In this document: one piece after another, positions 59,730 to 64,000 of the stretch | Position numbering within the stretch: the stretch's first letter is position 1 | Layout: each line of letters opens with the position of its first letter | Origin: Longimicrobiales bacterium | Lineage (GTDB): Bacteria; Gemmatimonadota; Gemmatimonadetes; Longimicrobiales; Gaopeijiaceae | Direction: 5' to 3' | DNA length: 64,000 bases | Assembly (NCBI GenBank): GCA_965116905.1 | Contig: OZ220732.1 | Coordinates: 3,840,001 to 3,904,000 of the forward strand | Translations under genes and position numbers: made by a program | The notes under the pieces: model-generated | The model's input: the letters and a program-made list of their open reading frames with translations, nothing else | Told to the model about the DNA's origin: nothing | Database searches by the model: none

Positions 59730-60268
59730 GACTTGGATTCTCCCATTCCGGTGATTGCCGCGACGTTCTCCGCAAGCATGTTCCTGTTGCTGCGTCCGAC
59801 TCGTATGATCCGGACCGTGTCGGTCTCGTCGACCCAAAAGGTCGCCGGCACCGCGTTGACCCCCAGAGCCCTGCCCACACTTCCGTCTCGGTCGTGTACC
59901 GTCCTGGCGCGAAGCGATGGGGGAACCCACGTCGCGCTTTCCATGACCGACCTGGGAGATGCCACCACCCAGACCGCTACACCGCCCGCGTCACCACCCA
60001 CCACCGACTCCCACAATCCCAACTCCGCCTCGCAATGAACGCACCTGCGATCCACATAGATCAAAGCCGTCGCACCAGCGCCGCTCGCCCGGTATGTCCA
60101 CATCTCCGACTCGCCGATCCAACCCGAGACGGGTGGAAGCACCCAGGGCGGAGCTTCGGGGCCATCCCCTTTCCCGCCCATCCACACAAATGGCATAATC
60201 GCTAGACCCGAAACACAAGCCGCCACCACCAATGCTGCAGTCTTCTGACGTATCGATCGTTGTGGCAT
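59726..60268 (-). CDS. Membrane-anchored thioredoxin-fold redoxin (TlpA-like, CVHC)
   Basis: GGAGGAG RBS; N-terminal TM segment; APPWVL, CVHCEAE, LGVNAVPATFWVD. Confidence 0.8.
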   Translation of the reverse strand: MPQRSIRQKTAALVVAACVSGLAIMPFVWMGGKGDGPEAPPWVLPPVSGWIGESEMWTYRASGAGATALIYVDRRCVHCEAELGLWESVVGGDAGGVAVWVVASPRSVMESATWVPPSLRARTVHDRDGSVGRALGVNAVPATFWVDETDTVRIIRVGRSNRNMLAENVAAITGMGESKS

Positions 60269-60286
60269 CTCAATGACTCCTCCCAC

Positions 60287-60323
60287 AGGGGGACCCGGAC
60301 GCAGCCGCTGCCCGGGTCCCCCT
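60287..60323 (-). terminator. GC-rich stem-loop immediately 3' of the precursor genes (mRNA stabiliser or partial terminator)
   Basis: AGGGGGACCCGG (60287-60298) pairs with CCGGGTCCCCCT (60312-60323), with an inner GCAG/CTGC stem; no U-tract. Confidence 0.6.
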
Positions 60324-60341
60324 CCGCTTTCCCGTTTTGGC

Positions 60342-60641
60342 CTAGAACGCGACGTAGCAAGTGACTGCGCACCGCACCAGGTCCACAATGTCACTTTGTT
60401 GGCTGGCAGAAACGCCGACAAGGCACCGCACGCACAGTCCCTGCAATATGAACAGCGTTGGGATTGTGCCGATATACTGGCCGCCGATAACGCGCTCGGT
60501 CATCTGTGTCTCGAAGAATGTCTCCATCGAGCCCGTGTCGGAGTTCACACCGTACCCTGCACCTGATCCGCCGCTGGTCGCTAAGACTGCGACGATAGCC
60601 GTCACCCCCAAGCCTCGGACGATCCTGTTTGTTGTCCTCAT
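60342..60641 (-). CDS. Putative peptide precursor 5 (CxxC-x17-CxxxC)
   Basis: Signal-peptide-like N-terminus; ERVIGG|Q; CVRC...CAVTC. Confidence 0.7.
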   Translation of the reverse strand: MRTTNRIVRGLGVTAIVAVLATSGGSGAGYGVNSDTGSMETFFETQMTERVIGGQYIGTIPTLFILQGLCVRCLVGVSASQQSDIVDLVRCAVTCYVAF

Positions 60642-60680
60642 CTTACCCCCTGTCTTTCTCTACACAAGAAGACCAGATCC

Positions 60681-60974
60681 CTAGAGATCATCTGCAAAGG
60701 CCACGCCGCACAGGAACCCACAACCCATCAAAGCGATGGCGCCTGCTCCACCCGACACAACCGTTGTCGCTAGACCCCCTGCAGCGCATCCTATGCATCC
60801 CAACTTCTTCCACCATCCCTGCCCTTGAATCACGGTTGAAGTCGATGCTGCCACCGAACGCGTTTCCAACGCCACATCCAGTTCGGTACCGCCTCCTGCT
60901 CCTCGCAGTGACCCCGCCATCAGCACCGCGACCATTACGGCTCCCATGAACCGTCTATTCCGTAGTCTCTTCAT
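60681..60974 (-). CDS. Putative peptide precursor 4 (CxxC-x21-CxxxC)
   Basis: AGGAGG RBS; MKRLRNRRF signal; VIQGQG|WWKK; CIGC...CGFLC. Confidence 0.78.
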   Translation of the reverse strand: MKRLRNRRFMGAVMVAVLMAGSLRGAGGGTELDVALETRSVAASTSTVIQGQGWWKKLGCIGCAAGGLATTVVSGGAGAIALMGCGFLCGVAFADDL

Positions 60975-60984
60975 CGTTTTCCTC

Positions 60985-61281
60985 CTAGAAGTATGTAGCT
61001 TTTGCAAGCTTCCCACATGCAAAACCGCAAGCAATGCCCAGGAAGCCTCCAACGCCAGTTATTGTTACCAGAACGATCGTGCCGGCGATGCACCCCCAGC
61101 ACGCCAGATTGAGGCCCGTGTTCTGAGCGCCCACGACGGTTTCCTCCAACACCATGCTTGTCTCGACCGCTCTGGTACCGTCGACGGCGGCTTGTGCTTG
61201 CCGATTCCCCGCGGTTGTGGCGTTCGCCAGCGCAACCACGGTCAAGACCCGTAGCACTGTTGTAATGCTCGTACTCTTCAT
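60985..61281 (-). CDS. Putative peptide precursor 3 (CxxC-x20-CxxxC)
   Basis: MKSTSITTVLRVLTVVALA signal; ETVVGA|Q; CWGC...CGFAC. Confidence 0.75.
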   Translation of the reverse strand: MKSTSITTVLRVLTVVALANATTAGNRQAQAAVDGTRAVETSMVLEETVVGAQNTGLNLACWGCIAGTIVLVTITGVGGFLGIACGFACGKLAKATYF

Positions 61282-61319
61282 TTGCGCCTGCCTTTCCCTT
61301 TTGTCGCCAAGACCGATGA

Positions 61320-61655
61320 TCATCCGAACCCGAGTGTACAGACAAAGGAGCACGCCCCTACAGCAAACGGAGCCACCGACGCCAATGCTATTAGCCCGAG
61401 GATGCTCGCTCCGCCGCCTACTAGAATGGCTCCGGCGCACCCGAGGCAGCCTACCCTGGCAAGTGCCTGTCCGCCTTCGACCGCGGTAGCCTCTCGCTCG
61501 ACGGCCGTTCGAGCAGATCCCTGCACGTGAATGAGGTCCGCTGGCGTAGCCGCCCGCCCGCCGAGCGCATGCGGCTGCATCGAGCCGCTCGCGAGAGCAA
61601 GCAAGATCATCATCGCCGTGCCGACGTGTGCCTGTTTATGCGTTTTCATACTCAT
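61320..61655 (-). CDS. Putative peptide precursor 2 (CxxC-x28-CxxxC)
   Basis: GGAG upstream; hydrophobic signal; TAVEGG|Q; CLGC...CSFVC; start is one of several Met codons between 61649 and 61667. Confidence 0.75.
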   Translation of the reverse strand: MSMKTHKQAHVGTAMMILLALASGSMQPHALGGRAATPADLIHVQGSARTAVEREATAVEGGQALARVGCLGCAGAILVGGGASILGLIALASVAPFAVGACSFVCTLGFG

Positions 61656-61672
61656 GCTCATCTCCATGTCGA

Positions 61673-61963
61673 TCAGAAGATTGTCTCGTGACACGCGGCC
61701 ACACACCCGGCGAGCGCAACTGTCGAACCGTTTACAGCCATTGCTGCGATGATCCCGCCGGTCTTGACCAGAACGATGCCCGAGACGACGCAACCAAGGC
61801 AGATCGTGAACGCTCCCCATCCCCGACCCTCAACCGCGGTCGGTCCTCCGTCTCCCAACGCGGCGACCGGTGGCCCCCCGGTCAGCTGGGCTCCCTGTGC
61901 CGCGAGCAGCGCAAGGCAGAGCGCGTACACGGTGGCCCGCATTCGTCCTTTCCTCATCATCAT
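61673..61963 (-). CDS. Putative peptide precursor 1 (CxxC-x28-CxxxC)
   Basis: AGGAGGAGG RBS; MRKGRMRATVYALCLALLAA signal; TAVEGRG|W; CLGC...CVAAC. Confidence 0.78.
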   Translation of the reverse strand: MMMRKGRMRATVYALCLALLAAQGAQLTGGPPVAALGDGGPTAVEGRGWGAFTICLGCVVSGIVLVKTGGIIAAMAVNGSTVALAGCVAACHETIF

Positions 61964-62025
61964 CCTCCTCCTTCAGCGATTGTGAACAGAGCCGCAACGC
62001 CCCTCGCCGCGGCCGGAACCAGGGT

Positions 62026-62625
62026 CTACGCCGCGAGCACGATCGACTCGCCGGACCAGATCTCCTGGAATGCTTCTTCGCTGATCGAGTAGCGCCCCGC
62101 CGTGGGATCCACCACGGTCAGACGACCGGACGGCGATCGTCCGGTAACCGTCACGAAATGATTCCGGTTCACCCACGCGATGAACGGCGTACGCGCGTCG
62201 CGCAGGTCTGCCCGCGTGAGGCGTACCAGCGTGAGCGGCAGACCGAATCGGCCAGCGGCCCGAATCAGGCCGCCGGCGGTGGTTCCCCTCGGCCCCATGT
62301 CCGCGAGCACGGCGAGCGTGTCCGTCGAAGGGACCTCGACGCCGACCGCGCGCATCATGTTGGCGAGCGCAGCGGGTCCGCAGTCATTCAGGGCGGACTG
62401 GAAGACGACCGAGTCATCTCCCAGAAACTCCGCATTCAGCCTGGCCAGATCGACGCGTGCCGCGAGTCGCCCCATGCGGGGCAGGTCGGAGACTGCAAAC
62501 GCCGCGAGCAAGATCGTCGCGGGCACCAGCACCAGGGTCAGGATCGCTGTGCGGCGGCGATATGCGACGCGGTGCTCCGAGGGTGGTTTCGGACGGCAGG
62601 ACGCTTCGTGCCGGCTTTCAGGCAT
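62026..62625 (-). CDS. Stand-alone C39 cysteine peptidase with N-terminal membrane anchor
   Basis: QSALNDCGPAALA (Gln/Cys), NHFVTV (His), VVDP (Asp), FQEIWSG; RRR followed by a hydrophobic TM segment; no ABC domains. Confidence 0.88.
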   Translation of the reverse strand: MPESRHEASCRPKPPSEHRVAYRRRTAILTLVLVPATILLAAFAVSDLPRMGRLAARVDLARLNAEFLGDDSVVFQSALNDCGPAALANMMRAVGVEVPSTDTLAVLADMGPRGTTAGGLIRAAGRFGLPLTLVRLTRADLRDARTPFIAWVNRNHFVTVTGRSPSGRLTVVDPTAGRYSISEEAFQEIWSGESIVLAA

Positions 62626-62882
62626 CCGGGGGACTCCGTTTTCGGTGGGTCGTGACTCAATCAAGCGAGACCCACGGTACCCGCCCCGGATGTGCGTTTA
62701 CATGTCTGGTTGGGACAAACGGTTCCAGGAGCGCGATTCGCGCCCTTCAGGCACGCGATTCGGGGGCACGCCGACCCCCGAACACCCCCACGCGGCAGGA
62801 CACCCCGCCCCCACAGCCCCCCTCCGCTGGAGAGCGGCTCGCGCTGGGGAGCAGCTCGCCCGCGGCAGCGCCCCCACCCCGG

Positions 62883-63509
62883 CTACAGCGTCTTCAGGAC
62901 CTCCAGAATGTCCTCGTTGGTGGGCCGCACCCGGTAGTCCACCTCCACGAAGCGGTACCGCACGACGCCTTCCTTGTCGATCACGTAGGTGGCGGGATGC
63001 GGCAGAGGCCGGTTGGGAGGCGCGTTTTCGTTGAACAGGCCGTAGCGGTCGATCACGGCGTGGTCCGGGTCGGAGAGCATGATGAAGTCGGGGGCCATGC
63101 CGTCGCTGGCGGCCACCCGGTCGATCATCAGCTGCATTCCCTCCTCGTCATCCACCGACACCGTCACAATTTCGGTCTGGTCCTTGAGGTCGTCGGGCAA
63201 CAGGGCTCTCAGCTCCACGAGCTGACTGGCGCAGAACGGTCACCAGTGGCCCCGGTAAAAGACGAGCACGACGTTCTTGTCCCCACGGAAGCCCGAGAGC
63301 GCCACAGGGCCGCGGTCGAAGGACTCCAATGTGAACAGCGGCGCTTCGTCCCCGACAGCCACGCGCTCGATGTCGGTGCCCGGCAGGTCGTGACCGTCGG
63401 CCGGACCCAGGTCCTGTGCGCGAGTCGGGGTTGCGGTGGCAACCAGCCCCAGGAGGACCGGCAACGCGGCGAATCGCACGCCAGCCAGAAATCGAGTGGA
63501 TGGGAACAT
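62883..63509 (-). CDS. Secreted AhpC/TSA peroxiredoxin-like selenoprotein (UxxC)
   Basis: ORFs 63240..63569 and 62883..63218 are in frame, joined by TGA at 63240-63242 giving FYRGHW-U-PFC; downstream PATYVIDKEG and DYRVRP. Confidence 0.82.
63209..63225 (-). promoter_or_regulatory. Candidate bacterial SECIS hairpin
   Basis: TCAGCTC-GTG-GAGCTGA begins 14 nt 3' of the in-frame UGA, with G in the loop. Confidence 0.6.
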
Positions 63510-63582
63510 GTTTGTGGTCCGTTGCAAAGTGGCGGATTCGGACCGGGTACACGCCCGGTTCCGGGACACCTATGTTAATCGC

Positions 63583-64000
63583 ATGTGCTCAGTCCTCGCC
63601 ATCCTGGAGTTGGACCCCACGGATCCGCCGCCCCGCGACCGGGTCCTGACGCTATCGAAGCTGCAGCGACACCGCGGCCCCGACTGGTCCGGCGTTTTCA
63701 CTCACGAGCGCGCCGTCCTCGCCCACAACCGCCTCGCCATCGTGGATGTGGAACACGGCGCCCAGCCGCTGCAGAACGCCGACGGCACCCACGTCCTGGC
63801 CGTCAACGGCGAGATCTACAACCACCGCCAGCTCGAGTCCGAGCTCGGAAGCCCCTATCGGTTCCTCACCAGAAGCGACTGCGAGGTCATCCTTGCCCTG
63901 TACGCGGAGCACGGAAGCGACTTCCTGGATCGTCTGAACGGGATCTTCGCCTTCGTACTGTACGACCTGGAGCAGGACCGGTACCTCGTGGGACGCGACC
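63583..64000 (+). CDS. asnB: Asparagine synthase B (glutamine-hydrolysing), 5' part
   Basis: Manual translation MCSVLAIL...RHRGPDWSG...AHNRLAIVD...QPL...NGEIYNH...SDCEVIL...LNGIFAF...GRD. Confidence 0.92.
   Translation, partial: MCSVLAILELDPTDPPPRDRVLTLSKLQRHRGPDWSGVFTHERAVLAHNRLAIVDVEHGAQPLQNADGTHVLAVNGEIYNHRQLESELGSPYRFLTRSDCEVILALYAEHGSDFLDRLNGIFAFVLYDLEQDRYLVGRD

Noticed and set aside
63240..63242. In-frame TGA as a pseudogene lesion
   Set aside because: It falls exactly on the redox Cys position with a downstream hairpin; selenocysteine is more parsimonious.
63583..64000. Asparagine synthase as a lasso-peptide cyclase for the nearby peptide cluster
   Set aside because: It has an intact N-terminal Cys glutaminase domain typical of housekeeping AsnB, is divergently transcribed, and the precursors lack lasso features.

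Overview
High-GC bacterial chromosomal window. The gene repertoire suggests Gemmatimonadota or a similar diderm heterotroph (inference only). It holds about 55 genes, many encoding secreted hydrolases and beta-propellers. Main points: (1) 57.6-62.6 kb, a compositionally distinct minus-strand cluster with a stand-alone membrane-anchored C39 peptidase, five tandem ~100-aa precursors (Sec-like signal peptide, double-glycine-like site, hydrophobic core bracketed by CxxC...CxxxC), a stem-loop, a CxxC redoxin, a YIP1-like membrane protein and an ABC ATPase/permease. This is a candidate undescribed multi-peptide, disulfide-stapled bacteriocin/RiPP system. (2) 8.2-19.9 kb, a beta-glucan (laminarin-type) utilisation locus of two convergent operons with identical TTGACA-N19-operator architecture. 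Its sugar MFS transporter carries a circularly permuted copy of the neighbouring carbohydrate-binding repeat, and it has a glycosidase fused to a probable beta-barrel. (3) An RqlH/RqlI-like RecQ-PRTase + DprA pair. (4) A RES-Xre toxin-antitoxin module between 16-bp direct repeats. (5) A UxxC selenoprotein peroxiredoxin-like gene split by the ORF caller. No rRNA, tRNA, CRISPR array or transposase was recognised. All family assignments are from motif recognition by eye, not database searches.
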